From an archaeon (GTDB lineage Archaea > Micrarchaeota > Micrarchaeia > Norongarragalinales > UBA97): 64,000 nt of DNA. Numbering within the stretch: position 1 is the stretch's first letter; each line of letters opens with the position of its first letter. Under the pieces are notes generated by a model. The model searched no databases. It was not told the DNA's origin and saw nothing but the letters and a program-made list of their open reading frames with translations. The translations under genes were made by a program, and so were the position numbers. The stretch lies in NCBI GenBank assembly GCA_020057405.1, contig JAGVFW010000013.1:23144-87143 (forward strand). Reading direction: 5' to 3'. This document shows positions 28,899-38,136 of the stretch, piece by piece.

Positions 28899-29293
28899 GG
28901 CTTACGCAGGGGAACTTTTGAAGCCATGGCCAGGAAGTCTTTTGAAAGCGCTATACGATAATGGCCGGCATTTACTTCAGTCACGGGCTCTGCTTTTGCG
29001 TGCCCCTGCGCTTGGAATCGCGAAAGAAAGGCACGGCCATTTGGCGTAGCGTCCCCAAAAAATATCTTGTTCCAGTGAGGGTGGGGCAGAAGGGCGTTTT
29101 TTGCATGAATCATTAGTTCAGTTGCAGCAGTGTGGCCGTAAGTCTCAAGAAAAGCTCTTGAAACCTCCCGATCGGTTTGGATATTTTCAATGTAGGCGGG
29201 ATACGTTTCCGTCGGGCGGTTAAACGCAATCAGGCCGGCAAGCTTTCCGGAATGAAAAAGAAATAGCGTAAGCCTTTTCTTGCCAAGATTCAA
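28895..29293 (-). CDS. hypothetical protein (132 aa)
   Basis: ORF only. Confidence 0.35.
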   Translation of the reverse strand: MNLGKKRLTLFLFHSGKLAGLIAFNRPTETYPAYIENIQTDREVSRAFLETYGHTAATELMIHAKNALLPHPHWNKIFFGDATPNGRAFLSRFQAQGHAKAEPVTEVNAGHYRIALSKDFLAMASKVPLRKP

Positions 29294-29416
29294 ATACTCT
29301 TTGCGTTCAGTAGGCTCGAAATTCTGGGAATCAAAAAAACTCTTCGGCTAGCCGCTTCTCCTTGGGCGTTAGAGCGAATTCACTTTTAGCGTAGCTGATG
29401 GGCTTCGCTGCCATTT

Positions 29417-31336
29417 TCAACGCCGGTCCTCGATGTCCTTTGCCGTGCGCGCGATGAACTCGTCGATGGCAATGCCTTCCTCGATTTTACCGTCGCGCGT
29501 GCGGACTGCGAGGCGGCCGCTTGCGGATTCCTTGTCGCCTACTACGAGCATAAGCGGAATCTTGCGCAGTTGCGCGTTGCGGATTTTCGCGCCCGTCTTT
29601 TCCTGCGAATCGTCAACTTGCGTGCGGATGCCTTTTGCGCGCATTTTTTCCGCCAGTTCGTTGCAAAATCCGTTGTGGCCGTCGTTGACGGGCAATAGCG
29701 TGACTTGCACTGGGGAGAGCCATAGTGGGAAGGCGCCGGCGTAATGCTCGATGAGAACGCCGAAGAAGCGCTCGAAGCTGCCGAAAATCGCGCGGTGAAC
29801 CATCACGCACCGGTGTTTCTTGCCGTCCTCCCCAACGTAAGTGACGTCAAAGCGCTCGGGGAGATTGAAGTCTAGCTGTATTGTGGTGCACTGCCACATT
29901 CTGCCGATGGCATCCTTGATTTTTATGTCGATTTTCGGGCCGTAGAAGGCTCCGCCGCCCTCGTCGACAACGTAAGCGAGCTTGAGGTCCTCAAGAGATG
30001 ACCTTAGCGCGTTCGTTGCCTTCTCCCACGCGGCGTTCTCGCCCATCGCCTTTTCCGGCTTTGTCGAGAGGGTGATGACGTACTCGCTAAAGCCGAAGGT
30101 CTTGAGAACTTTTAGCGCAAACTGCAGCAAGTCGCGCACTTCGCCCTGGATTTGACCGGGCGTCATGAAGAGATGGCCGTCGTCTTGGGTAAAGCCGCGC
30201 ACGCGGAAGAGGCCGCTTAGGACGCCCGAGAGCTCTTGTCTGTAGACCGTGCCGAATTCGAAGTAGCGGAGCGGCAGTTCCTTGTAGGAATGGCTGCCGG
30301 TGTTGTAAATCGTGATGTGGCCCGGGCAGTTCATGGGCTTGATGCCGTACTCATTGCCGTCGATTTCGGTGAAGAACATGTTTTCCTTGTAGTTGTCGTA
30401 GTGGCCGCTAGTCTTCCACAAGTCGGATTTTATGAGGTGCGGCTGGTAGACGGGCAGGTAGCCGCGCTTGAGGTTCTCCTGTCGCATGAATTCCTCTAGT
30501 TGCGAGCGAATGATGGCGCCATTGGGGTGGTAGAGAATGAGGCCGCCCCCGACGGTGTCGCTCACGCTAAAGAGGTCAAGCTGCGTTGCAATCTTGCGGT
30601 GGTCGCGCTTGGCCGCCTCCTCGAGCATCGCGAGGTGCTCGTCAAGTTCCTTCTTTGTGGGATAGGCGATGCCGTAAATGCGCTGGAGTTGCTCGCGCTT
30701 TGCGTCACCGCGCCAGAAGGCGGCGGCGACTTTTGTGAGCTTGAAGGCTTTGAGGCAGCCCGTGTTGGGCACGTGGGGTCCCTCGCACATGTCGACAAAC
30801 GGGCCCTGCTCGTAAAATGAGACTGACTCGAATGGAATGCCCTCAAGTATCTCGAGGCGGAAGCGGTTGAAGCTCTTCTTTTTCGCCAAGTATTTGGCTG
30901 CCTCGGCCTTGTGCATCTCGATTCTATGCACCTTGTAGTCGAGCTTGACGATTTCCTCCATCTTCGCCTCGATTTTGGCAAAGTCGTCGGGAGTGAAGGG
31001 AGTCGGCCGGAAAAAGTCATAGTAAAAGCCCTCGTCGATGGCGGGGCCGATGCCCAGGGCCACTTCGGGGTAAAGCTCGGCAACCGCCTGCGCGAGAACG
31101 TGGTTGACGCTGTGCCAGAAAACGCTCTTGCCTTCCGCGTCCTTGAAAGTGAGGATTTGAAGCTTGCAGTCTTTCTCGAGTTGGTGGCTCATGTCAACGA
31201 GCTTGCCGTCAACTTTGGCAGCCATGGCGGCTAGGGCCAAGCGCGGGCCGATTGCCTCGGCAACCTGCATGCAGGTGGAACCACGGGCCACTTCCTTTAC
31301 TGCCCCGTCGGGAAGGGTTACTTTGACTTTGGACAT
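29417..31336 (-). CDS. thrS: threonyl-tRNA synthetase (start moved to MSKVKVTLPDG)
   Basis: N-terminal TGS domain, class II motifs (…FRVRGFTQDDGH…, …HRAIFGSFERFFGVLIEHYAG…) and a C-terminal anticodon-binding domain. Confidence 0.9.
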   Translation of the reverse strand: MSKVKVTLPDGAVKEVARGSTCMQVAEAIGPRLALAAMAAKVDGKLVDMSHQLEKDCKLQILTFKDAEGKSVFWHSVNHVLAQAVAELYPEVALGIGPAIDEGFYYDFFRPTPFTPDDFAKIEAKMEEIVKLDYKVHRIEMHKAEAAKYLAKKKSFNRFRLEILEGIPFESVSFYEQGPFVDMCEGPHVPNTGCLKAFKLTKVAAAFWRGDAKREQLQRIYGIAYPTKKELDEHLAMLEEAAKRDHRKIATQLDLFSVSDTVGGGLILYHPNGAIIRSQLEEFMRQENLKRGYLPVYQPHLIKSDLWKTSGHYDNYKENMFFTEIDGNEYGIKPMNCPGHITIYNTGSHSYKELPLRYFEFGTVYRQELSGVLSGLFRVRGFTQDDGHLFMTPGQIQGEVRDLLQFALKVLKTFGFSEYVITLSTKPEKAMGENAAWEKATNALRSSLEDLKLAYVVDEGGGAFYGPKIDIKIKDAIGRMWQCTTIQLDFNLPERFDVTYVGEDGKKHRCVMVHRAIFGSFERFFGVLIEHYAGAFPLWLSPVQVTLLPVNDGHNGFCNELAEKMRAKGIRTQVDDSQEKTGAKIRNAQLRKIPLMLVVGDKESASGRLAVRTRDGKIEEGIAIDEFIARTAKDIEDRR

Positions 31337-31449
31337 AAGGTATTCTAGACTGGAAAGGTAGATAAAAACTGACGGTTGCAAGCCACTTAGATGAATGGGG
31401 GGTGCCGCACGCAATATATTTAAACGGCTGCCGATGAGTTTTAGGTGAT

Positions 31450-31830
31450 TTGATGAGCTACCCCAACTTCGTAACGCACGTTAGAGAACAACTGAAAGAA
31501 CACCCTAAATTCGGGCCACGGCTAGACCAAGTAACACAACTACCGGGATCCACAAACAGGCACGTAATCAGTTTCAAGGAAGGGACGAAACCGGCGACGG
31601 TAATAGCTGCAAAGAAATTTGTTGCAGGTCTTCTTTCGTCCACGGGACTGAAGGCTTCCAGAAAGGCAAAGAATGGCGAGCAGACCTGGGGTGTTCTCGT
31701 CAAACGAGAAGGAACCGCGGTGCACTTGCAGGCCTTTCCTAACGCAACGCTTGTCCAAAGCTCTCGGGCCGAAGTGCGCAGACGCTTTGAAAAAGGTAGG
31801 AACCGCACATTTACTGGCGAAGGGCTCTAA
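31450..31830 (+). CDS. hypothetical protein (126 aa)
   Basis: ORF only. Confidence 0.3.
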   Translation: MMSYPNFVTHVREQLKEHPKFGPRLDQVTQLPGSTNRHVISFKEGTKPATVIAAKKFVAGLLSSTGLKASRKAKNGEQTWGVLVKREGTAVHLQAFPNATLVQSSRAEVRRRFEKGRNRTFTGEGL

Positions 31831-31883
31831 TAAAGAGAAAAAGAAGGACTCCCGCCGCATTGCTGCAGCGGGGGGAAAGGAGC

Positions 31884-32294
31884 TTACGCTCCCTCTTCGC
31901 CCGTGTCGTCGCCGGAGTTGTCAGAGGGGGCTTCTTCTGACTCAGTGGCTGCCGGTGCGGTTGAAGCCTCACCTGAGCGTTCGCCAACTGCAAAGCGGTT
32001 GAAGACGCGCGAGATGCGGATCTTCATCCTGTCTCCCTGGCGTGCGCCGGGAACAAACACGACGAAATTGTTGACCTTGCCTACGCCATCACCGCGCGAG
32101 CCGACTGACTCGATGACGATGTCGTATTCCTGGCCTTCCTTGACGGGCTTCTCGAAGCTGCCGCCGCCGCTTCCACCACGGTCTCCACCGTAGTCTCCGC
32201 CACCGCCTCGACCACCGCCGCCATAACCGCGCGATTCGCCGCGGTCGCTGTCACGGTCTCTGCTGTGTCCGCCCCTGTCCGAATATCCTCTCAT
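31884..32294 (-). CDS. TRAM-domain protein with an N-terminal RGG/Gly-Arg-rich low-complexity region and an acidic tail
   Basis: …YDIVIESVGSRGDGVGKVNNFVVFVPGARQGDRMKIRISRV… is a TRAM fold. The N-terminus is GYGGGGRGGGGDYGGDRGG…. Confidence 0.6.
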   Translation of the reverse strand: MRGYSDRGGHSRDRDSDRGESRGYGGGGRGGGGDYGGDRGGSGGGSFEKPVKEGQEYDIVIESVGSRGDGVGKVNNFVVFVPGARQGDRMKIRISRVFNRFAVGERSGEASTAPAATESEEAPSDNSGDDTGEEGA

Positions 32295-32385
32295 GATTCC
32301 ACACTCCTTATGTATTTCTTTTCTTTCCGTCCCCCTAAAGCTCCGGGGAACAGAAATATTGTGTCAAAAGCTCCTTTTATTCCTC

Positions 32386-33696
32386 TCATCCGGCCGCGAA
32401 GACGTTGTCCACAATCCACTCGGCGTCAAACGGCCTTAGGTCATCGTACTCCTGGCCCACGCCGATGAAAAGCACCGGCAGCTTCGTCTCGTAAGCTATT
32501 GAGAGGGCTCCGCCACCTTTTGCGTCGCAGTCGAGCTTTGTTAGGATGATACCGTCGAGCTTGATTGCCGAATTGAACTTCTTGACCTGCTCGACTAGCG
32601 CGTTTCCGGCTATTGCCTCGCCGACGAAAATCTTGAGGTGAGGATGCAGCACCCTGTCCATCTTCTCCATCTCTTTTACGAGATTGTAGTTCGTCTCCTG
32701 GCGCCCCGCAGTGTCGATTAGCACACAAGCGATGCCGTTTGCTTTTGCGTGCGCGATTGCGTCAAAGGCGACTGCGGTTGGGTCGGCGCCATAAGCGTGC
32801 TTGACAACTCGGATGCCAAGCTTGTCGCCGTGAAGCTGCACTTGCTCGATTGCCGCGCGGCGGAAAGTGTCGCCGGCGGCGATGACTGTCGAAATTCCTT
32901 TGTCCTGCAAGTGCTTGGCGAGTTTTGCTATCGTAGTTGTCTTGCCGCTGCCGTTGGGGCCGACGAAGAGTACTATGCCGACCTCGCCTTTTGCCTTCAC
33001 TGCTGCAAGGTAGTTGAACAAGTCAAACTGCTCGACCTTCATGGTCTTTAGAAGCGACTCGCGCACGACTGCCTTGATTTCCTCGCCAGCGCGGGCTTTG
33101 TTCACGCGCTTTCCCGCAAGCCGCGAGCGCAGGTCGCTTGCAAGAAAGCTCGCCGCGTCGTAGGAAACGTCGCTCTCAAGGAGCGCCATTTCAAGCTCGT
33201 GTATCGCCGGGGCAACTTCCGCCCCAGTAAGCTCGATTTCGGGAGAGAAGAGTGAAGTGACGCGCTTTAGCAGGCCGACTTTCGGCGCGAGTTGGATTTC
33301 CTGCCTTTCGACTGGCCTTGCGGGAGCGACTTGCGCGGGCTTTAGGCGCTCGGGCTCGACGCGGGCGGGCGCCGATTGTTTGACAACGCTTTGGGCAGCA
33401 GGCGCGGGTTCGACGCGGGCTGGTTCGTAAACGGGCTTGGAAATTGGTGCGGGCTCAGGGTGGACTTGCTTTTCTGGAATTGCCTTGACTACGGCAGTGG
33501 GCTTTTCAAAAACAGGTTCTGGCTCGACTTGAATGGGTTCGGGTCGCGAAATTTCCTGTGCAATGGGCGGCCTCACCGCGGGCTTTTCCTCGGGCGCCGG
33601 CTTTGGCGCTATAGTTGGTTCGGTTGGCTTTTCCTCGGCCTTTCCGACAATAGAGCTTACGAAAGAGGAGAGCTTGTTGCGCAGGCTATCGAACAA
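32386..33696 (-). CDS. ftsY: signal recognition particle receptor FtsY with a Pro/Ala/Glu-rich N-terminal region
   Basis: NG domain with GPNGSGKTTT, DTAGR, TKLD. Confidence 0.9.
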   Translation of the reverse strand: MFDSLRNKLSSFVSSIVGKAEEKPTEPTIAPKPAPEEKPAVRPPIAQEISRPEPIQVEPEPVFEKPTAVVKAIPEKQVHPEPAPISKPVYEPARVEPAPAAQSVVKQSAPARVEPERLKPAQVAPARPVERQEIQLAPKVGLLKRVTSLFSPEIELTGAEVAPAIHELEMALLESDVSYDAASFLASDLRSRLAGKRVNKARAGEEIKAVVRESLLKTMKVEQFDLFNYLAAVKAKGEVGIVLFVGPNGSGKTTTIAKLAKHLQDKGISTVIAAGDTFRRAAIEQVQLHGDKLGIRVVKHAYGADPTAVAFDAIAHAKANGIACVLIDTAGRQETNYNLVKEMEKMDRVLHPHLKIFVGEAIAGNALVEQVKKFNSAIKLDGIILTKLDCDAKGGGALSIAYETKLPVLFIGVGQEYDDLRPFDAEWIVDNVFAAG

Positions 33697-33697
33697 C

Positions 33698-34099
33698 TTA
33701 ATTCACGCCGGCTTTTTGAAGTTCGTCTACAAGAGCGTCGTTGCGGTCCATCAGTTTTTTGAGCTCAACCTGGATGCTGTTGGCGGCCTTGTCGACTTCG
33801 TCGAGTCGTGACTGCAGGATTACCGCCGTTTCTTCAGGCGTCTTTTCGGCAACCACGCCGGCGCCGATTTCGACGAGCACTTTTGCGCCGTCGCGGACGC
33901 TCGCGCGCACGAAGACGCCCGAGCCGATGGGAAAGAGGCTCTCGCCTTTTGAGGCGTCCTTGATGTTCTTGACTGTGTTTAGGGCGATTATGACGTCGTT
34001 TGTGAAGGACTGGAGTGACGAGAGCTGATGCTGGCCTTCCTCAATCTGGGCCTGGATTGCGCGCATTTCCCTTATCTTGCGAGTAGTCTGTTCGTCCAT
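33698..34099 (-). CDS. pfdA: prefoldin alpha subunit
   Basis: Coiled-coil / β-hairpin / coiled-coil pattern. Conserved position after aIF6 and before ftsY. Confidence 0.8.
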   Translation of the reverse strand: MDEQTTRKIREMRAIQAQIEEGQHQLSSLQSFTNDVIIALNTVKNIKDASKGESLFPIGSGVFVRASVRDGAKVLVEIGAGVVAEKTPEETAVILQSRLDEVDKAANSIQVELKKLMDRNDALVDELQKAGVN

Positions 34100-34104
34100 G
34101 TGAT

Positions 34105-34770
34105 TTAATCGCCTCCAAGCGCTTCGTAAATCTTTTGCGTCTCAACACCACTCGTCAGGCCCCCAACGATGGCGCCGTTCGAATTTGCTACGACGCTTAG
34201 GGAATTAAAGTAAACGCCCATGTTGCTCGTGGTGTTGACGCCCTTGACGCCGAAAATGTGCTCGAGCTTCTTTAGCTCAAGTTCGGTGAGCTCGTTGTAG
34301 GCCAGCAAGCCCTTGTTTGTCACAACAGTTGTTGGAGCGAGTGGGAATTCGCCAAAGCGCGGGTGGTGCACTTCGACGCCAAGGCAGTCGGAAAGCTTGC
34401 CGAGTTCAGCGCGCGGCATTTTCTCGCCAACCACGCCAGCGTGGTCGTTGGCGGCGATGTTGTTGCCGGGCGAGAGCCGCTCGATTGTGCAGACGTTGAG
34501 CCCTGCCTTTCGCAGTTCTTTGCACTCGCGCTCGTCCGCAAAAGAAGGAAGCACTACGCCGTTTGAGTTCATTGCGCAAAACACGCCCAGTAGCGGCGAG
34601 CTGTTGACAAAGAGCTTGAGGACCGGCACTGCGAGGGCGTCCTCTACCTGCTCGAGTAGTTTCGCGCTTATCGTGGGCGGTGAAAGCACGAGCCTATCGC
34701 TAGCGCGCAAGTACAAGCCAACGAAGGGATTGTTGTAAAAAGAGGCTTTATGTAACTTCACAGAAATCAT
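34105..34770 (-). CDS. eif6: translation initiation factor 6 (aIF6) (start moved to MISVKL…)
   Basis: Pentameric-repeat aIF6 sequence (…NSNGVVLP…, …NDHAGVVGE…). The listed N-terminal extension is a frame artefact overlapping rpl31e. Confidence 0.85.
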   Translation of the reverse strand: MISVKLHKASFYNNPFVGLYLRASDRLVLSPPTISAKLLEQVEDALAVPVLKLFVNSSPLLGVFCAMNSNGVVLPSFADERECKELRKAGLNVCTIERLSPGNNIAANDHAGVVGEKMPRAELGKLSDCLGVEVHHPRFGEFPLAPTTVVTNKGLLAYNELTELELKKLEHIFGVKGVNTTSNMGVYFNSLSVVANSNGAIVGGLTSGVETQKIYEALGGD

Positions 34771-34780
34771 CACTTCGGAC

Positions 34781-35398
34781 TTAAGCGGGAGACGCCTTTG
34801 GCGCGGGCTTGACTTGCGCCTTTGCCGGGGCCGCGGGCTTTTCGGCTTTAGGGGCCTTGGGCGTTGCGGCGGGCTTGGGTTTAGCCTTTGAAGCCGCGCG
34901 CTGTGCGGCTTTCTTCGCCTTTCGGGTGGCTGCCTTGGCTTCATTCGCCTTCCTTACGGCATCGTCTACGACGAGCGTCACGAGTGCGAGGCCGGCGTCG
35001 TCCTTTGCCACGTGCACTTTGACGTGCTTGGGCGGGTTGCGCGAGCCGCGCGCCAGGATTAATGAGTTGATTTCGGTGCTGATGCGTACGTTCTCAAGCG
35101 CCGTTTTCGCGTGCCTTGCAAGAAACGCCTTTAGTAGCGACATTGCGCGGCGGCCGCGGTGCGAACGTGACTTTAGGTAGGCGTCCATGAGTGGGACGGT
35201 GTAAACGCGGTCGAGAACTAGCTTCTTTTTCTCTTCCTTCTTCTCGGAAGTCTTTGCCGGAGCGGCTGCCTTCACGGCGGGCTTTGCGTCTGCGGCCTCG
35301 GCCTTTTCCTTGGCTTCCTCGCGCTTTTGCCCCTGCTTGGCTACTTCCTGGTTTTCTTTTGCCTGTTGGATTGCTTCAACTTTGTCGGACATTTTCAA
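34781..35398 (-). CDS. rpl31e: ribosomal protein L31e with Lys/Ala-rich N- and C-terminal extensions
   Basis: The core …RVYTVPLMDAY…SRGSRNPPKHVKVHV… matches L31e. Confidence 0.8.
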   Translation of the reverse strand: MKMSDKVEAIQQAKENQEVAKQGQKREEAKEKAEAADAKPAVKAAAPAKTSEKKEEKKKLVLDRVYTVPLMDAYLKSRSHRGRRAMSLLKAFLARHAKTALENVRISTEINSLILARGSRNPPKHVKVHVAKDDAGLALVTLVVDDAVRKANEAKAATRKAKKAAQRAASKAKPKPAATPKAPKAEKPAAPAKAQVKPAPKASPA

Positions 35399-35402
35399 CC
35401 AC

Positions 35403-35576
35403 TCACTTGACCTTTAAATCTAGCTTCTTGCCGCGCCAGTGGCGCGCTTTCGGGTTTCTTGAGACCTTGCGCTTGGTCTTGGCAATCACGAATATGGGCA
35501 GGCGCCGGTTCTGGCGGAGTGCCTTTCCGAGCGCTCTTTTCTTTGCGTTAGACTTGCGTGCAGACATTTTTTTCAT
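35403..35576 (-). CDS. rpl39e: ribosomal protein L39e (57 aa; below the ORF-track cutoff)
   Basis: Hand translation of the minus strand gives [57 protein letters not shown]. This is the L39e signature and sits in the canonical position between the DNA-binding protein and L31e. Confidence 0.75.
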   Translation of the reverse strand: MKKMSARKSNAKKRALGKALRQNRRLPIFVIAKTKRKVSRNPKARHWRGKKLDLKVK

Positions 35577-35854
35577 TTCCTCTCAAACGTTATCTTCGGC
35601 TCGCGTTTCTGCTCAAGCACGCGCGCCACAAGCGACTTTAGCTGCTCTTCCGACACTTTCCCGGAAATCCTTCCCTGCTGGTAGAGCGTCACGAGGAGCT
35701 GCACGAGCTGCTCGAACATGTCCGGGCTTGAAATCCTGATGTTGTTCAGGCGTTCGAGGGCCGGGGGTTCAAGCAGTTGTTGCAACACCATTTTGAGGCG
35801 AGCGTCCTGTTCCTTCCTCTTGCGAAAATCATCTTGCTCGGAAGAAGGCTCCAC
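35573..35854 (-). CDS. PDCD5/TFAR19-like dsDNA-binding protein (COG2118 family)
   Basis: Helical sequence …[40 protein letters not shown]…. It sits in the conserved operon position. Confidence 0.55.
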   Translation of the reverse strand: MEPSSEQDDFRKRKEQDARLKMVLQQLLEPPALERLNNIRISSPDMFEQLVQLLVTLYQQGRISGKVSEEQLKSLVARVLEQKREPKITFERK

Positions 35855-35863
35855 TTGCCCAAC

Positions 35864-36259
35864 TCACACCTTTAGCTCTGCAGCGACATGGTCGACAAGC
35901 GAACGGCCTGCGGGCGAAATGCTGCGGCCAATCTTTTCCTTCTTCACAAGCCCAGCCTTCTCAAGCTGCTGCATGGCAACGCGAATGAGCTTGCCGCCGG
36001 CTGGTCGGTGGTGGCTTCGGGAAACGACGTGCGCGTGCCTGCCGCCGTACTTGTGCTGCAAGCGTCGGACGCCGACGTTGTGAGTGTAAAGAGTGACTAG
36101 GACTGAAGCGCAGCGCTTGAACCAGAAGTCGGCCTCCTGGGGAGGGCGCTCTGCGTGGCTGCCGGTCTTGACGACAGCTGACCACGGGGGAATCTGGATG
36201 GCCTCCATACCCTGTAGCTTCTTGGCAATCAAATCAATGAACGCGTTCAAAACACACAC
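35864..36259 (-). CDS. rps19e: ribosomal protein S19e
   Basis: …PPWSAVVKTGSHAERPPQE…GGKLIRVAMQQLEKAGLV… matches S19e. Confidence 0.8.
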   Translation of the reverse strand: MCVLNAFIDLIAKKLQGMEAIQIPPWSAVVKTGSHAERPPQEADFWFKRCASVLVTLYTHNVGVRRLQHKYGGRHAHVVSRSHHRPAGGKLIRVAMQQLEKAGLVKKEKIGRSISPAGRSLVDHVAAELKV

Positions 36260-36371
36260 TCTCCGTTAAGCAAATTAAACCGCTGCAAAAGGCGACTTAC
36301 ATAACACTTTAGCCTGCCAAGGCTTTAAATACGTTATTCTGGGGGGTGGGCGCAAGCCCCTGGCCGGCCCC

Positions 36372-36695
36372 TTACTTGCCGCTCTTCTTCCTTGCAGACG
36401 GCGCCCGCTTTGCCGAAAAGCCCTTCTTCGCCGCCGTTCCGCACTCGATGCAGATGGTGAGGAGGAGCTTTTGTGCGCCCAAGCGGGTTTTGGCGGTGAG
36501 GCCCGGCACCAGAGGCGCGCCACAGCCCTTGCAGGCAACGGCAGGCCCTAGCGGGAAGCGGTGGCGCATGGCAATGGCGCGGGCAAGGGAAACATAGCGC
36601 TTGGCGAGCCTCTTGTCGCCCGCGCGCCATTTCCCAACCGCCATGCGCAATAGCTCGACGCACCGTTCCTTTGCAATCTGGTCTGCGGACTTCAA
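36372..36695 (-). CDS. rnp4: RNase P protein subunit Rpp21/Rpr2 (zinc ribbon)
   Basis: N-terminal helical region plus CKGCGAPLVPG…CIECG zinc ribbon. ~107 aa. Confidence 0.7.
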   Translation of the reverse strand: MKSADQIAKERCVELLRMAVGKWRAGDKRLAKRYVSLARAIAMRHRFPLGPAVACKGCGAPLVPGLTAKTRLGAQKLLLTICIECGTAAKKGFSAKRAPSARKKSGK

Positions 36696-36709
36696 GTTTT
36701 CACCGTTAG

Positions 36710-36856
36710 TGGGCCTACGGGGATTTGAACCCCGGCGCTCTGGTTGGCCTAGAAACGCGTCCGTTGCGGACGCGCGTCATATAAGACTTGCGCGAAAAAA
36801 GGGCGGGAAAACCAACCCCGTTTCACAGCGCTCTGGCCAGACTGAGCTATAGGCCC
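36710..36856 (-). tRNA. intron-containing tRNA: 5' acceptor/D-arm and 3' T-arm/acceptor are clear but separated by ~75 nt; isotype unresolved
   Basis: Minus strand reads GGGCCUA-UA-GCUC-AGUCUGGCCA-GAGC-G…[~85 nt]…CGGGG-UUCAAAU-CCCCG-UAGGCCC-A. The best fits need a short intron in or next to the anticodon stem plus a ~60 nt intron in the anticodon loop. Confidence 0.6.
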
Positions 36857-36897
36857 GTTGCAAGGAATATAATGCCTTGGCAGGCTAATTAATTCGT

Positions 36898-37395
36898 ATG
36901 GCTTTATCGAAGACCGGTCTCGGTTTGAAGGACGTCCTGACCCTAGCTAGCGCAGCCGCAGGCGTTGCCGCGATTTCGTTTGCGCTAAAAGGCAACATTC
37001 CAAACGCTTCGGCACTCATTGTCGCCGCCGCTTTTCTTGACTACGGCGACGGCGTTGTCGCACGCACTCTTTCAAGCGCAAACGAGTTTGGAAAACAGCT
37101 CGACTCGCTAGCCGACGCGATTAGTTTTGCAGCAGCGCCCGCGGTAATCGCACTTGTCCTCAATAACGGCCTGCCGTCGCTCATTGCGGCGATAGTCTAC
37201 GCCATTGCGGGTGCGTATAGGCTCGCTCGGTTCAACGTGCAGAAAGAAAAAGGCGTCTTCCACGGCCTGCCCGCCCCCGCGGCGGGAGTGTGTTTTGCGG
37301 CTGTTGCGCTAGTCGCACCCGACTACGCGTGGATCTCGCTATTCGCGCTTGCGGCGCTCATGGTAAGCTCAATTGAGTTTAGGAAAGTCGGTTAA
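36898..37395 (+). CDS. CDP-alcohol phosphatidyltransferase family protein
   Basis: DYGDGVVARTLSSANEFGKQLDSLAD is the D-x2-DG-x2-AR…G-x3-D-x3-D motif. Multiple TM helices. Confidence 0.65.
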   Translation: MALSKTGLGLKDVLTLASAAAGVAAISFALKGNIPNASALIVAAAFLDYGDGVVARTLSSANEFGKQLDSLADAISFAAAPAVIALVLNNGLPSLIAAIVYAIAGAYRLARFNVQKEKGVFHGLPAPAAGVCFAAVALVAPDYAWISLFALAALMVSSIEFRKVG

Positions 37396-37434
37396 ACGCC
37401 GGAAGTCGAACTTCGGTTTCTGCGGCTTTTTGAT

Positions 37435-37977
37435 TCAATGCGTTTCAAAGGGATTGTGCTGGCTTATACCACGCGAGTGGGCAAGAAGAACAGCGTAAGC
37501 GACTATCTGCTCGTGCAGACTCTTCAAATAGGGCTCCAAATTTGGCATCGACGTCACCTTGCCCGACAGCGTCTCGTATTTGCCAGTGCCGGTTATCTTG
37601 TGGGCGCTCATGCCTTTTTCGGGCTTTTCCAAATCTAACACGTCAGTTGATATGGTAAGGAAATCAGGCTTACCTAGTTTCTCGAAAATCGTGCCGCGGC
37701 CTGTGCTTACGCTGTGGCGTATTTCCCAATCCGGACTCATGTGAGCTTTGACTACTGCCTGATGGCTGGACGCAATGCCTTTAACCTGCTTTGCCAACTC
37801 TTCTAGCACGGCATTTGCTTGATCGGAATCGAACCTTACGTTAAGCGCCACATGCGTAGTAAAATCAGGAGGGCGCTCTTCGTTTGGAAATATTTCGCTG
37901 ACTATGGCCGAGGACTTCTTGACTGGATTGGCTTCTAGCTTGGGCGCTGGCTTGGAACGGCGCCAGGGTGTTACCAT
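37435..37977 (-). CDS. hypothetical protein (180 aa)
   Basis: ORF only. Confidence 0.35.
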   Translation of the reverse strand: MVTPWRRSKPAPKLEANPVKKSSAIVSEIFPNEERPPDFTTHVALNVRFDSDQANAVLEELAKQVKGIASSHQAVVKAHMSPDWEIRHSVSTGRGTIFEKLGKPDFLTISTDVLDLEKPEKGMSAHKITGTGKYETLSGKVTSMPNLEPYLKSLHEQIVAYAVLLAHSRGISQHNPFETH

Positions 37978-38136
37978 GAGTTATTTTTTCCGACCGGTAC
38001 TTAAATAAGTTGCGTAAGTTTGAAGCCTGGTCTGGGCTGCCTTTTACCTGCGGTGCTGGCGCCAGCCCGAGGGGGTTTTATTGGCTCTTACCTCTAAAAC
38101 CTATTGGCGGGCACTAATTCCGCCAAAGGCAATTGC

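Noticed and set aside
34771-34944. N-terminal 58-aa Pro/Arg-rich extension of the listed aIF6 ORF.
   Set aside because: It overlaps the rpl31e coding region in another frame. aIF6 families start at the internal MISVKL, so the extension is an ORF-calling artefact.
37978-38103. Possible structured RNA (long imperfect hairpin CTGGGCTG…CAGCCCGA) upstream of srp54.
   Set aside because: The stem is short and the loop is long (~30 nt). I could not identify any covariation or known ncRNA signature such as SRP RNA.
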